A stretch of 64,000 bases of DNA, taken from Polyangia bacterium. Its GTDB lineage: Bacteria > Myxococcota_A > Polyangia > JAAYKL01. Location: contig JBNKCR010000077.1 in the NCBI GenBank assembly GCA_050287845.1, forward strand, positions 1 through 64,000. Reading direction: 5' to 3'. The notes under the pieces were generated by a model. That model had not been told where the DNA came from. It worked only from the letters and a program-made list of their open reading frames with translations, and searched no databases. Below, piece after piece: positions 39,354 through 49,676 of this stretch. How positions within the stretch are numbered: position 1 is the stretch's first letter; every line of letters begins with the position of its first letter. The translations under genes were made by a program, and so were the position numbers.

Positions 39354-40139
39354 ATGATGATGGGATACAGACACTTACTGGTAAGCGATATTGATGGGAC
39401 CCTGCTTCTGAACGGAAACGCCACCCCGGGACTGAAGGCGCTCAAACAGCTGATTCGCGCCCACAACGGGTCCGTGGCCCTGGTGTATGCCACCGGTCGA
39501 TCCATTGAGTCCACCCTGGCATTGGTGGATAAGGGCATTCTCCCGGTTCCCCGGGCGATTGCGCCGTTTGTGGGGACAGAAATCTGGTACCCGGCGTGGC
39601 ATACGTCCGTGGAGTACCAGTCTCGGATTGATGCGGAATGGCAACGGGACGAAATTCTTCACTGGGCACAGAAGACCTTCCGGCTGCGGCTTCAGGAAGA
39701 CCATTTTCAGAGCCCGAATAAAATCAGCTTTTATCTCGACAGCCATGCCACGGTATACGATTTGAAGTCGTTTCTGGATAGCAAACAGCTGAAGGCCAAG
39801 GTGATTTATTCCTGTGGCAAATATCTGGACATTCTTCCGGCTGTGGCGGGAAAGGCCAATGCCGTGCGCTTTCTGATGAATAAATGGCAGATCGAACCGG
39901 GGAATGTGCTGACATGCGGTGATTCCGGCAATGATATTGATATGCTCACGCTGCCGAACACCTGCAATGTGGCCGTGGGGAATCTGGAATCAGAACTGGA
40001 GAGGCTTTCAACCCGGGGGGCATTTTATGTGGCGGAACTGCCCTACGCCGGCGGCGTGCTGGAAGGCGCAGCGGCATTCGATTTCTGGCCACCCACTCCC
40101 GGAACGGCAGACCGCATGGCAGACGTCCCGTCTGTTTGA
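39354..40139 (+). CDS. HAD-IIB phosphatase, sucrose-phosphate-phosphatase-like
   Basis: LVSDIDGTLL, YATGR, LDILP..GKANA and CGDSGNDIDML. Confidence 0.9.
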   Translation: MMMGYRHLLVSDIDGTLLLNGNATPGLKALKQLIRAHNGSVALVYATGRSIESTLALVDKGILPVPRAIAPFVGTEIWYPAWHTSVEYQSRIDAEWQRDEILHWAQKTFRLRLQEDHFQSPNKISFYLDSHATVYDLKSFLDSKQLKAKVIYSCGKYLDILPAVAGKANAVRFLMNKWQIEPGNVLTCGDSGNDIDMLTLPNTCNVAVGNLESELERLSTRGAFYVAELPYAGGVLEGAAAFDFWPPTPGTADRMADVPSV

Positions 40140-40142
40140 ACG

Positions 40143-40374
40143 GTGGACGCATCTACATTTTGGCAGTCTGGTTTCGCTGAGATATTCTGCAGTGAGGCCA
40201 GGATGGCAGGGCTATTGTACAATCCGTTCGGCGACATGCAAATCGACAATTCTGTTTTCATGGGCAGCAGTACAGATAACGGCGGCGATGCCGGCAGCAG
40301 ACTGGATGTTTCCAACTTTTGCGAGAATCCAGAGCTACCCGATAGTGGACATGGGCGCGTTTGAGTATCAGTGA
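40143..40374 (+). pseudogene. Frameshifted remnant of a beta-helix/DMGA.E-type surface protein
   Basis: One frame gives GLLYN..IDNSVFMGSSTDNGG; another ends IVDMGAFEYQ*, like the end of 35583-37373. Confidence 0.45.
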
Positions 40375-40489
40375 GACGCCCACGAAATAAAGATATCCAA
40401 TTCAGACCCGCGCCATCCTTTTCTTCTTGCCGACTTGCAATAATTTCGTAGCATGCGCACATTGAACGCGGACATAGGAGTATAATATT

Positions 40490-41902
40490 ATGAAAATAGT
40501 GAGACTACATCGTGTCATGCCAGCTGTATTCATTGCCTGCATCGTCGGCAGTTTCAGTGCCGGCGCGTATGCCGCTGACCCGGAAACCAGAGAAACCCTC
40601 AGCATCCCTTTTGAAAAGTACACATTGCCAAATGGCCTCGAAGTGATCATTCACGAGGATCACAGTCTCCCGCTGGTGGCCGTGAATGTCTGGTACCATG
40701 TGGGCGCCGTCAATGAAAAGGCGGGAAAGACCGGATTCGCCCACCTGTTTGAACACATTATGTTTCAGGGATCGGGGCATATCCCGGACGACGCCCATAT
40801 CCGCATTCTGGAGCAGATTGGCGCCAGTGACCTCAACGGCAGCACCGGATTTGACCGGACCAATTACTTTCAGACCGTGCCATCCAATCATCTGGAAACC
40901 GCCCTCTGGCTGGAGAGCGACCGGATGGGATTTCTGCTCGATACCCTGACCCTGGCCAAGCTGGATACCCAGCGGGACGTGGTGAAAAATGAACGGCGGC
41001 AGACCACCGAAAACCAACCTTACGGGCTGGCGGAGGAGGCCTTCTGGCAACGTATTTTTCCGGCGAACCATCCTTATTATGGAATGATTATCGGTTCCAT
41101 GGATGATTTGACCAACGCGAGTCTGGACGATGTTCGCTCCTTTTTTACCACCTGGTATTCGCCATCCAACGCCACCCTGACCATCGCGGGGGATGTGAAG
41201 CCGGCAGACGCCAAAGCACTGGTGGAAAAATATTTCGGCCCCATAAAAGGAGAACCGGCACCGAAACTCGGAACGCTGCCGGCGGTTGACCTCAAAGAGT
41301 CATTCACCATGCGGTACGACGAACCCATCGCACCGTTGACCAAAATTCAGCTGTCGTGGATTACCCCCAAACTGTTTGCCCCCGGCGATGCCGAGGCGGA
41401 TATTCTGGCCAACATTCTGTCGTCGGGAAAATCATCCCTGTTGGAGCGAAAGCTGATTCGGGAGCTCGAAATGGTGCAGAAGGTTTCCGCGTATCAGATG
41501 TCCCTTGAATATCTGTCGGTGTTCACCATCGAGGCAACGGTTCGGGAAGGCGTTTCACCGGAAGCCGTCCTTGGCGAAATTGACAGCGTCCTGGATTCGG
41601 TGCGACAGGGCAACGTGGCCCCCGAGCTGGTGTCCCGGGCGGTGAATCAGTTTGAGACCGGGTATTTCCTTGCGCTGGAGCAGATTGGACATGTGGCCGA
41701 TCAGCTGCAGACGTACAATCATTATCTGGGAAATCCCGACTATGTCGAAGCCGATCTGGCGCGGTACACCCATGTGACGCCGGAGAATGTGGTGGATTTT
41801 GCCAATACCTGGCTGTCCCCCGACAAGAGGGGCGTGCTTTACGCGGTTCCCGTTAAACAGACATCTCAGGCAGAGAACAGCGAGAAAGAGGCGAGCAGAT
41901 GA
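40490..41902 (+). CDS. M16 family zinc peptidase, catalytic subunit
   Basis: Signal peptide; TLPNGL; GFAHLFEHIMF (HXXEH); VVKNERR. Confidence 0.93.
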   Translation: MKIVRLHRVMPAVFIACIVGSFSAGAYAADPETRETLSIPFEKYTLPNGLEVIIHEDHSLPLVAVNVWYHVGAVNEKAGKTGFAHLFEHIMFQGSGHIPDDAHIRILEQIGASDLNGSTGFDRTNYFQTVPSNHLETALWLESDRMGFLLDTLTLAKLDTQRDVVKNERRQTTENQPYGLAEEAFWQRIFPANHPYYGMIIGSMDDLTNASLDDVRSFFTTWYSPSNATLTIAGDVKPADAKALVEKYFGPIKGEPAPKLGTLPAVDLKESFTMRYDEPIAPLTKIQLSWITPKLFAPGDAEADILANILSSGKSSLLERKLIRELEMVQKVSAYQMSLEYLSVFTIEATVREGVSPEAVLGEIDSVLDSVRQGNVAPELVSRAVNQFETGYFLALEQIGHVADQLQTYNHYLGNPDYVEADLARYTHVTPENVVDFANTWLSPDKRGVLYAVPVKQTSQAENSEKEASR

Positions 41903-43419
41903 AGTACAGGTTGTTGAGTTTTACCCTGCTATGCAGCAGTTTGAGTTTGATGAGCATATCGTGTTCTTCTGCGAAACCGGCGACGACCAGTCCGGTTGCC
42001 GTTCGGGCTGAACCCGACACCGCAGGGAATAGGGCAACGGATTCAGCGGACGACGCATCGTGGCGGGCAACGCCGCCTCAGGTGGGACCGGCGCCCGATG
42101 TGGTGATTCCATTTTTCGAGCAGGCCAGTCTGCCCAACGGACTGACGGTGATGGTGGTGCATCGCGCCACGTTGCCGCTGGTGTCGGTGTCCCTGGTGCT
42201 GAAAAGCGGCAGTGCGGTGGAATCCGCATCCGAACAGGGGCTGGCGGACCTCACGTACGAGATGATGCTGGAAGGCACCGCAGATATGGATGGTGTGGCG
42301 CTGGCCGCGGCGTTCGCGGATCTCGGAAGCCGGGTGAGTGTGGGAACCGCTGAAGATGGCGCCGCGTTCAAGGCACTGCTGCTGAAAAAGAATCTGGAAG
42401 CTGGCCTGAACCTGATGATGGACATTCTGAATCGACCGGCCTTCAAAAAGGATGATTTTGTTCGCAGGCAGAAAGAACGGGTATCTGAACTGCAGAGTCT
42501 CATGGGCAATCCCCAGTATCTGAGCAGCATTGTGGCGTCCGCCCGGGTGTTTGGCGAAGGTCATCCGTATGCCCACCCGGTGATGGGTACCGCCGAATCT
42601 GTCGCCGGATTCAAGCTGAAGCAGCTGAAACGATTTTACCGCAAGCATGTTTCGCCGGAGAATGCCGCCCTGGTGCTGGCCGGAGATATTACCCTCGACG
42701 AGGCAGTGGTGCTGGCCACCGAAAAATTCGGGGCGTGGCAAAGCAGATTGGGCGAAAACAGCCCTGTTCGCGAAAAAATCAACCGGGAATCCCGGCCGAC
42801 CTTTTCTGTGGCGCTGGTGGCCAAACCCGGGATGAATCAGACCATTATCTCAGCGGGTACAGTTGCGTTGCCGGTGGGGGATAACGACGAATGGGCCCTG
42901 CGGATTGCCATTGACGCATTCAGTGGCATGTTCGGCAGCCGGCTGAATATGAATCTGCGTGAAGATAAGGCGTACACCTACGGGGCCAGAGGGTATCTGG
43001 ATGCCATGTTTCAGGATGGGGCAGTCATGATATCCACGTCGGTTCAGGGAGATGTGACCGGGGCCGCGCTGAAGGAAATCATGGCGGAGTTCGACGACCT
43101 GAAAACCCACCCCATTACCGAGGATGAATTTCATGGGGCGCGGGAAAACGTGCTCAAGTCCGTCTCCGGCTGGTTTGAAAGCGTGTCCGGACTGGGCAGC
43201 GCCGCTCAGACGATCTTCCAGCGCGACCTGCCGTTGTCGCGGTACAGCGAGATGGTGAACGCATATCGTAAACTGACACTGGAAGATGTGAGAAAAGCGG
43301 CAGATAAGTATCTCAACCCCTCCACCGTTCAGGTGGTACTGGTGGGAGATCCCACCCTGATAAAAACGCAGCTGTCCACTGCTTCCTTCGGTGAACCGAC
43401 CCTGATCTCCCTGGACTGA
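41899..43419 (+). CDS. M16 family peptidase, non-catalytic partner (probable lipoprotein)
   Basis: ATGA overlap with the previous gene; SISC; LPNGL; no HXXEH; SRLNMNLREDKAYTYG. Confidence 0.9.
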   Translation: MKYRLLSFTLLCSSLSLMSISCSSAKPATTSPVAVRAEPDTAGNRATDSADDASWRATPPQVGPAPDVVIPFFEQASLPNGLTVMVVHRATLPLVSVSLVLKSGSAVESASEQGLADLTYEMMLEGTADMDGVALAAAFADLGSRVSVGTAEDGAAFKALLLKKNLEAGLNLMMDILNRPAFKKDDFVRRQKERVSELQSLMGNPQYLSSIVASARVFGEGHPYAHPVMGTAESVAGFKLKQLKRFYRKHVSPENAALVLAGDITLDEAVVLATEKFGAWQSRLGENSPVREKINRESRPTFSVALVAKPGMNQTIISAGTVALPVGDNDEWALRIAIDAFSGMFGSRLNMNLREDKAYTYGARGYLDAMFQDGAVMISTSVQGDVTGAALKEIMAEFDDLKTHPITEDEFHGARENVLKSVSGWFESVSGLGSAAQTIFQRDLPLSRYSEMVNAYRKLTLEDVRKAADKYLNPSTVQVVLVGDPTLIKTQLSTASFGEPTLISLD

Positions 43420-43434
43420 TCGGAACCCATTGGC

Positions 43435-43508
43435 CCGGCGTCTGGCCAGACGCCGGATTCGCGTCATACGCCATATGAGGAAATGGAACCGTTCAACCTC
43501 CGGTTGAA
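43435..43508. terminator. Hairpins between convergent genes
   Basis: Perfect palindrome CCGGCGTCTGGCCAGACGCCGG (43435-43456) and TTCAACC-TCC-GGTTGAA (43492-43508); no clear U-tract. Confidence 0.45.
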
Positions 43509-43604
43509 ACCCGCACAACTGAAATCCTGAACAGGTATCAGCGCGATTTATAAGACATGTCCGGCATGGAACTTCCCTTGCGGTCCCTCAGGCGTCCAGC
43601 TACA

Positions 43605-45026
43605 TCAATGTTCATCGGCACCCACGTCCGGGGTGCTGTCCCGGGGGTCGCCGTCGATGTCGGTAGTTGGCAAACCGGAAATGCTGCTGATTCCTGCATC
43701 AATGGCTGCGGCGCCGACTGTCAGATGAAGGTCCCCACCAGCTGCATCTGTAAATTCGGCAAGATTCGCATTTTCCATGTTCCCCACAAGGGTGGCGGTC
43801 GCACCATCCCGTTCCCGCAGTGGGTGAGTGACCAGGTTGTTGGCAACGGTGGCGCTGGTGCTGTCAAATCGCCATTCAATAGCGGAAAACATCTCGCCGG
43901 TGGAAACGATGGTGTTGTGCAACACGCTGGCATCGCAGGCGCTCCACAGGCAGATGCCACAGTCAAATCCGCTTTCTGAAGCAAACAGCCCACTGTCACT
44001 GGCGAAAATAAAGTTGTTCTGCACTACGCCACCCACATGCCCCACATACATCTCCCCATCACTGTTGCACGGGTGGTCACTGTAGGTGCGCGCATCGCCG
44101 CTGGTGGCAAGACCAAACCCCACCCCCCGGGCGTTATTGAAAAGGATGTTGCGTTCCACCACCGTGTCCCGACAGCCGCGCCAGAAGTGCACCGCGTGTT
44201 CGCTCAACCCGTTCTGGCAATAAAACCCGGAAATCTGATTGTCGCGAATGGTCCATCCCCTTGCCTGGTGGGCGTCGACCCCGCCGGTGTAACAGGGAGA
44301 GGCCGACATATTCACATGGGGGCGTCCCTCATCAGTGAGCACAATACTGCTGCAGGCCACTTCACCATCATCGGCATACACCTGCATGGCACTGTTGTGA
44401 CTGTTGATTTTGATGGCCTGCTCCCCCGGGTCGACAATGTGCACGCGATAAATGCGGGTATTGTCGGTGTTTCCCCCATCGCTGCTGGTCACGTGTATGG
44501 GGTGGGTAGAGGCCCGCTGAATGGTTATTTCGGCAATGGTACAGTCCGATGCGGCCACAGTAACGATTTCGGTGGTCTGGTAATTGCCGTCCAGGATCAC
44601 GTCTTCGGGATTGCCGTTTTCGGAACGAAGGGTGATTCCCGGCGTGGCAATCCAGATATAGTTTCCATTCAAATGATAGGTGCCGCTTTCAAACAGGATG
44701 GTGTCTCCCGTTTGTGCACTGGCCACAATTTCGCGAAGTCCTGTCACATCCTCCGGGGTTACCCGGGTTACGTTTCCGGAAGGCGAATCCAGCGGCAAAC
44801 AGAAATTGCCATTCTCAGAGGGCTGTTCATCGGTCCGGGAATCCGTCTCCCGGGCTTCGACAGTGGCGGTTTCTGTGTCGGAATCCGAATGGAAGGCCGA
44901 GCCGGTGTCCGCAGAAGGGGTGTCCGAAACATTTCCAGAGGACGAATCACTGCACCCCCACCCCGCTGCCGTAAAGATCAGGGCGACAATCCACAAACCG
45001 GGTTCAGTTTGAATTATCCGTATCAT
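43605..45026 (-). CDS. Lipoprotein with right-handed beta-helix domain
   Basis: AGWGC lipobox; short acidic linker; GDTILFESGTY; helix repeats; DLHL...AAIDAG...PDVGADE end. Confidence 0.85.
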   Translation of the reverse strand: MIRIIQTEPGLWIVALIFTAAGWGCSDSSSGNVSDTPSADTGSAFHSDSDTETATVEARETDSRTDEQPSENGNFCLPLDSPSGNVTRVTPEDVTGLREIVASAQTGDTILFESGTYHLNGNYIWIATPGITLRSENGNPEDVILDGNYQTTEIVTVAASDCTIAEITIQRASTHPIHVTSSDGGNTDNTRIYRVHIVDPGEQAIKINSHNSAMQVYADDGEVACSSIVLTDEGRPHVNMSASPCYTGGVDAHQARGWTIRDNQISGFYCQNGLSEHAVHFWRGCRDTVVERNILFNNARGVGFGLATSGDARTYSDHPCNSDGEMYVGHVGGVVQNNFIFASDSGLFASESGFDCGICLWSACDASVLHNTIVSTGEMFSAIEWRFDSTSATVANNLVTHPLRERDGATATLVGNMENANLAEFTDAAGGDLHLTVGAAAIDAGISSISGLPTTDIDGDPRDSTPDVGADEH

Positions 45027-45274
45027 AAGGCACTCGCTTTCCCAATGGTTGTTTTATTCAATGAACGATTCAAAATAATGAATCGTCGATGCTTTAAAAT
45101 ATACGCCCGATAAATTCCGTGCAAAAATTAAAAATGGAATATTTCCACGATATTGAAATTTCTTTTTTTCTCTTCCCATTCTGAGGGAGTGAAGTGTTGG
45201 TTAACTGTCGTCCCCTGGGGGCGATGCGCTTAATGTAAAATATTTCAGCATGTAAACAACATGGAGGCTGAATC

Positions 45275-48043
45275 ATGAACAGGCCAGTACTACGAAAATA
45301 TTGCCATATTGACAGGATTCTCATTTCGATGTGGGCATTGACGCTGATGCTCCCGGGATGTGGCACCAAAAATGACGCGGACGATCCCGATAACTCGCTG
45401 GGGGATACCCAGAGTGACGCACAGGGGGACAGCGGCACGGTATCCACGGATGATTCCGATTCACCGCAGGGGGTCGAAACCGACTCCGGACGCCTTGAGA
45501 TGCTCGATGAAACCGTTGCCCTGCGCGGCAGCATCATGGTGCCGGATGCATCGGCCAGGCTCACCCAGCAGGAACTGGTGGTGCAGCTTCCCAATTACGA
45601 CCCGGGCAGCCTGCTTCGCTGCGGATTGAACGACAATGACGAGTACCGCGTCACGGTGGAACAGCTGGGGGGGGTCCGCTGGAATTATTCGGTCTCCATG
45701 CTGGAAGACGGCAGCAAGCCTATTTTTCAAAAAGGACTCCCCGAAATGTCCAGATGGACCAATGATGCAGATTTGGCCGGCGACGGGAGCGCGGTGGAAA
45801 TCGTGGAAGCGGACATTGTGGGACTCAGTGAAGATGCGGCTCTCTTTGCCTCGGCCAGCCATGGCCTGCTGCTGGCAGACCTCTCCGGAGAAGCGCCCCG
45901 GTTTGTCTGTGCGGCCAAGTTGCCGGGGATTTCCAAAAAATTCTATTACTACAACAATCGACTGGTGGTGATGGTGGAGGGCATTGTCCCCGGCCAGAAG
46001 AATCACTCTTACCTGCTTCATTTCAGTGTCAGCAGCGATGCGCTCACTTTCATTGAAGCGGTGGATCTCGGGGTGGGACATGTGCTGGATTCCAGGCGGT
46101 TCAACGAACGGCTGGTCATTTATACGGACCTGGCCATCAACGCGGAAACGCCCACCGACACCGGAAACCCGCAAGCCGATGCCATGCCCGTGTATTACAA
46201 CAGTCCTCACCGGCAACTGCATGTATTCAACTGGGGGGAGACCCTGGTGCCCGAGTTGTCCGAGACTCAAATTAACGATGAAGATGTCGTTCAATGGCAG
46301 GAGGTCACCCCGGAGACCCACACAATTGGGGATCTGGTGCATCAGTCCAGCTATTTCAATGACGCCATCTGGGCAAGTGATCGCTATTTTGTGATTACCG
46401 AAAATTTATACCGCAGTTATCTCACCGGATTCGAAAACCGATCGTACAATCGCTGCGTGGAACACCACACCGTGGAGATTCCGTACACATATTGCTACAC
46501 AGTGTACGAAACCCGTCCCAATCCCAATTACGAGCCCCCGGACAACACCGGCGGCGATCGCAGTTGCAGTGGCACTACCCTGGCCGACTGCCTGCGCCAC
46601 GTGGCAACGGTTTCCAACGAAACCATTCAGGTGCCGGTAGACCGCATCTGTGAACCGCGCACCAGAACCGAGTATATCTGCGACCAGTACGAAACCATTC
46701 AGTACACGGTGCCCCAGTATCGTCACGAAACCAGAACCAAACTGGCCATTTACGAATACACGACGGACGGGTTTATCCGTTTTGCAAGCGAAGTGGCGGA
46801 AATCGCGGACGCGGGTCTTTCGGATGTGACGCTGACTGATTCGGTGGACACCCTGACCACTTCCACAGAAAAATTCGATTTGGAAATCAATGGCGCAGTG
46901 CAAACCCTCTATTTCCAGAACGGCTTCCTTTACGTCATCGCCGAGGGCATTCTTCAGGTCTACGCCATGGGCGAAAACTCACTGGTGCGCACCAGCACAT
47001 TGAACGCCGTGGACGATACTCTGCAGTCGTCGCTGTTTACCGACGACACCATCTATCTGAGCGATTTTTCGTGGAATTACGGTACAGGGGATACCTCCCA
47101 GCTCAAACTGGTGGACCTGAGCAATCCGGGATTTCCAACTCTCAGGGCAGAAACTCCCGAGCTTCCCGGCGGCCATACCCACATTCTGGCCATCGACCAG
47201 GGCATTTTCACCATTGGCCGTGTGGCGCAATTTGAAGGACAGAATATTCAGGCGCTGAAGCTCGGGCTCTTCGGCGTCACCGAAGCGGCGGAGCTTTCGT
47301 ATCTCATTTTGGGAACTGATTTGTCAAACCCCTCCATTTCAACGGAAAAAACTTTTACCTTCGATGGCGCTGCGAGCCGTCTGCTGCTGCCGTATTCCGG
47401 TTATAACGATGCGAGTAACAGCAGTATCTTCCGTGTGGGAATCAGTCATATTGAGGATCAGCTGATTGTGAGTGATGGGGCGTTGGAAACATCGGAACTG
47501 CTGCAGCGGGTGCGAAAGGAGCCCGGCACATCGCGTTATATGGGCTTCAGCAACAATCTCATCGAGTCCATTGTTCCGGTGGCGGGCGGTTTTGAACTGC
47601 AGCCGGTGCTCGAATATTACACGCCCATCGCCCTGTATCGCTATACGGACGCCGACGACTATCTCGAAATCCTGCGCCTCGGAAACCAGTGCCGATTCCA
47701 TTTTGCCAGAGGCGCCGATATCAATGTTCGCAACGATGACACCGTCAGCGAGCCATTTGCGTGCACCGGCGCCTCCCCATGGGCCTATGGTCGCAACATT
47801 GTTTTCGGGAATCAGATGGGATTCGAATTCTCCAATGACCACACATTCTCGCCCCTCTCCGCAGCACAGGTGGCAACTTTGTACGAAGCATTACAGGCGC
47901 GACCCTACTGCCTGCTTTCCACCACCGACCGCTTTCCATGGGAAGAACTGCGCATCGATTTCACCAGTTCCAACTACACCCTGGACGATTTCACCTGCAT
48001 GACCCGCGAAGAATACGAAACACTGGTAAATACGTTCGAGTAA
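45275..48043 (+). CDS. Lipoprotein with secreted beta-propeller domain and a Cys-rich insertion
   Basis: GGAGG RBS; LPGC lipobox; VEADIV, LVDLSNP, ELPG, LKLGLF and LLLPY motifs of Beta_propel-type proteins. Confidence 0.75.
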   Translation: MNRPVLRKYCHIDRILISMWALTLMLPGCGTKNDADDPDNSLGDTQSDAQGDSGTVSTDDSDSPQGVETDSGRLEMLDETVALRGSIMVPDASARLTQQELVVQLPNYDPGSLLRCGLNDNDEYRVTVEQLGGVRWNYSVSMLEDGSKPIFQKGLPEMSRWTNDADLAGDGSAVEIVEADIVGLSEDAALFASASHGLLLADLSGEAPRFVCAAKLPGISKKFYYYNNRLVVMVEGIVPGQKNHSYLLHFSVSSDALTFIEAVDLGVGHVLDSRRFNERLVIYTDLAINAETPTDTGNPQADAMPVYYNSPHRQLHVFNWGETLVPELSETQINDEDVVQWQEVTPETHTIGDLVHQSSYFNDAIWASDRYFVITENLYRSYLTGFENRSYNRCVEHHTVEIPYTYCYTVYETRPNPNYEPPDNTGGDRSCSGTTLADCLRHVATVSNETIQVPVDRICEPRTRTEYICDQYETIQYTVPQYRHETRTKLAIYEYTTDGFIRFASEVAEIADAGLSDVTLTDSVDTLTTSTEKFDLEINGAVQTLYFQNGFLYVIAEGILQVYAMGENSLVRTSTLNAVDDTLQSSLFTDDTIYLSDFSWNYGTGDTSQLKLVDLSNPGFPTLRAETPELPGGHTHILAIDQGIFTIGRVAQFEGQNIQALKLGLFGVTEAAELSYLILGTDLSNPSISTEKTFTFDGAASRLLLPYSGYNDASNSSIFRVGISHIEDQLIVSDGALETSELLQRVRKEPGTSRYMGFSNNLIESIVPVAGGFELQPVLEYYTPIALYRYTDADDYLEILRLGNQCRFHFARGADINVRNDDTVSEPFACTGASPWAYGRNIVFGNQMGFEFSNDHTFSPLSAAQVATLYEALQARPYCLLSTTDRFPWEELRIDFTSSNYTLDDFTCMTREEYETLVNTFE

Positions 48044-48202
48044 GCTCAGTTTCATCGGTTGTGTAATTTTTGCGCTATGTGATGTTATTTTAAAACTCTT
48101 TCGACCTCGAAACCGCATTCGATAATATTGTCTGCAGGCAGGGTTTTCGGTGTCTGTAAAATAAGATTTGTCATTCAACCGAAAACCGGTGTAGTGGTGC
48201 CC

Positions 48203-48811
48203 ATGGGTCGAATTTCTTTTCGGATAGAACGATGTGAGCGATGCAGGATGCACCGTGAACTGTGCGTCTGTGCATATATTCCCACTGTTGATGTGGCCAC
48301 CAGAGTGGTGCTGGTGATGCACAAACGGGAGTTTGTAAAAATTTCTGCCACGGGTCCGCTGGCGCTCGCATGTCTCCCCAACAGCGAGCTGCGCATTCAC
48401 GGGCACCGGGATACCCCCATCCATATAAACGACCTGCTCAGCGAAAACCGCCGCGTCCTCTGCCTCTTTCCCAGACCCGGCGCACAGATTCTGAATGGCG
48501 CGTTTGTAAAAGCCGACCCGCGCCCCATCACCCTGATTGTCCCCGATGGCAATTGGGGACAGGCGTCCAGAATGAGTCGGCGAATTCCCGGAATGCAGAA
48601 TACGATCAATGTCATTTTGCCCAGAGGAGAGCCCACCAACTGGGGACTCCGCCACGAACCTCATGAAGAAGGCCTCGCCACCTTTGAAGCAATTTCCCGC
48701 TCCCTGGGCATCATCGAATCGAAAGACGTGCAAAAATCAATGGACGCGCTGTTCACCCGGATGGTCCAGCGAACCCATAAACTCCGCGGCACCACGCCAG
48801 CTCAAAAATAG
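48203..48811 (+). CDS. DTW-domain protein (tRNA-uridine aminocarboxypropyltransferase family)
   Basis: RCERC....LCVC, MHKRE, ATG.L, LFP, LIVPDGNWGQA and LATFEAI. Confidence 0.9.
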   Translation: MGRISFRIERCERCRMHRELCVCAYIPTVDVATRVVLVMHKREFVKISATGPLALACLPNSELRIHGHRDTPIHINDLLSENRRVLCLFPRPGAQILNGAFVKADPRPITLIVPDGNWGQASRMSRRIPGMQNTINVILPRGEPTNWGLRHEPHEEGLATFEAISRSLGIIESKDVQKSMDALFTRMVQRTHKLRGTTPAQK

Positions 48812-48833
48812 CATTCAGATGAAGCAGATACTG

Positions 48834-49676
48834 TCAGAGTGTATTCGGGGACGTAGCACTTTGACCGTTGTCAACAGTCGTGTCCGCCAGAGAAATCCCC
48901 ATCATTTTCGCATCGGCAGCCACATGACGTCGGATGAGCTTCCTGGATACAAATAACATCCCTATCACCAGCGGCACAGTAAGCCAGGACAGTAAATTCA
49001 CCATCGAACTCGCCGAGCCTCTGGCACTGAAGATTATAAAGTCATACAACCCATGAATTCCAATCGCTGCCAGCAGGTACACGGCAATCGTTTGATATTT
49101 TTTACTGCCTGATTCAAATTTCGCTTTCCCCAGACCGTACCCTGTCAGCACACCAGTCACCGCGTGTGCGGGAACTGACAGCAATCCCCGAAGCAGCGCA
49201 AGTTGCAGCATGCCCTGTAACGAAACAAATATTCCCACCGGCGCGATATACATAAAGTTTTCAATGAAGGCGAATCCAAGGGACGCCGCAACTGTATACA
49301 CAATGCCGTCCATGCGTTCATCAAACACTGGATGACGGTAAATAATCAACACAACCACCAGAAACTTCGCCATTTCCTCCACGCCTGCGGCCACCACGAA
49401 AGCAACATACGCATGCATCCATATTCCCGGAGGAATTAAATTGTTTCCGACAATACCGAGGAAAGACTCTACGAGACTTACAGGCACCACAAAAAGCAAT
49501 CCGAAAAAGAATACCTTCAGCACCTTGCCTTTCGGCTCCCGCCGATTTCGATCCGCACGGTAAATATACACCAGCAATGCGATCGCAGGAATTGCTGCCA
49601 GCAGAACCGACAATGAAACCCAGTGTATATTCTCTTTTAATTGTAGACCCAGATAACCAAAGAATTCAGCATACAT
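48834..49676 (-). CDS. PrsW family intramembrane metalloprotease
   Basis: D...REP, VEEMAK, DGIVY, LGFAFIENFMY, SVPAHA and IHGLYDF. Confidence 0.92.
   Translation of the reverse strand: MYAEFFGYLGLQLKENIHWVSLSVLLAAIPAIALLVYIYRADRNRREPKGKVLKVFFFGLLFVVPVSLVESFLGIVGNNLIPPGIWMHAYVAFVVAAGVEEMAKFLVVVLIIYRHPVFDERMDGIVYTVAASLGFAFIENFMYIAPVGIFVSLQGMLQLALLRGLLSVPAHAVTGVLTGYGLGKAKFESGSKKYQTIAVYLLAAIGIHGLYDFIIFSARGSASSMVNLLSWLTVPLVIGMLFVSRKLIRRHVAADAKMMGISLADTTVDNGQSATSPNTL

Noticed and set aside
40490..43419. Second M16 subunit lacking HXXEH as a novelty
   Set aside because: Active/inactive M16 heterodimer pairs are well known.
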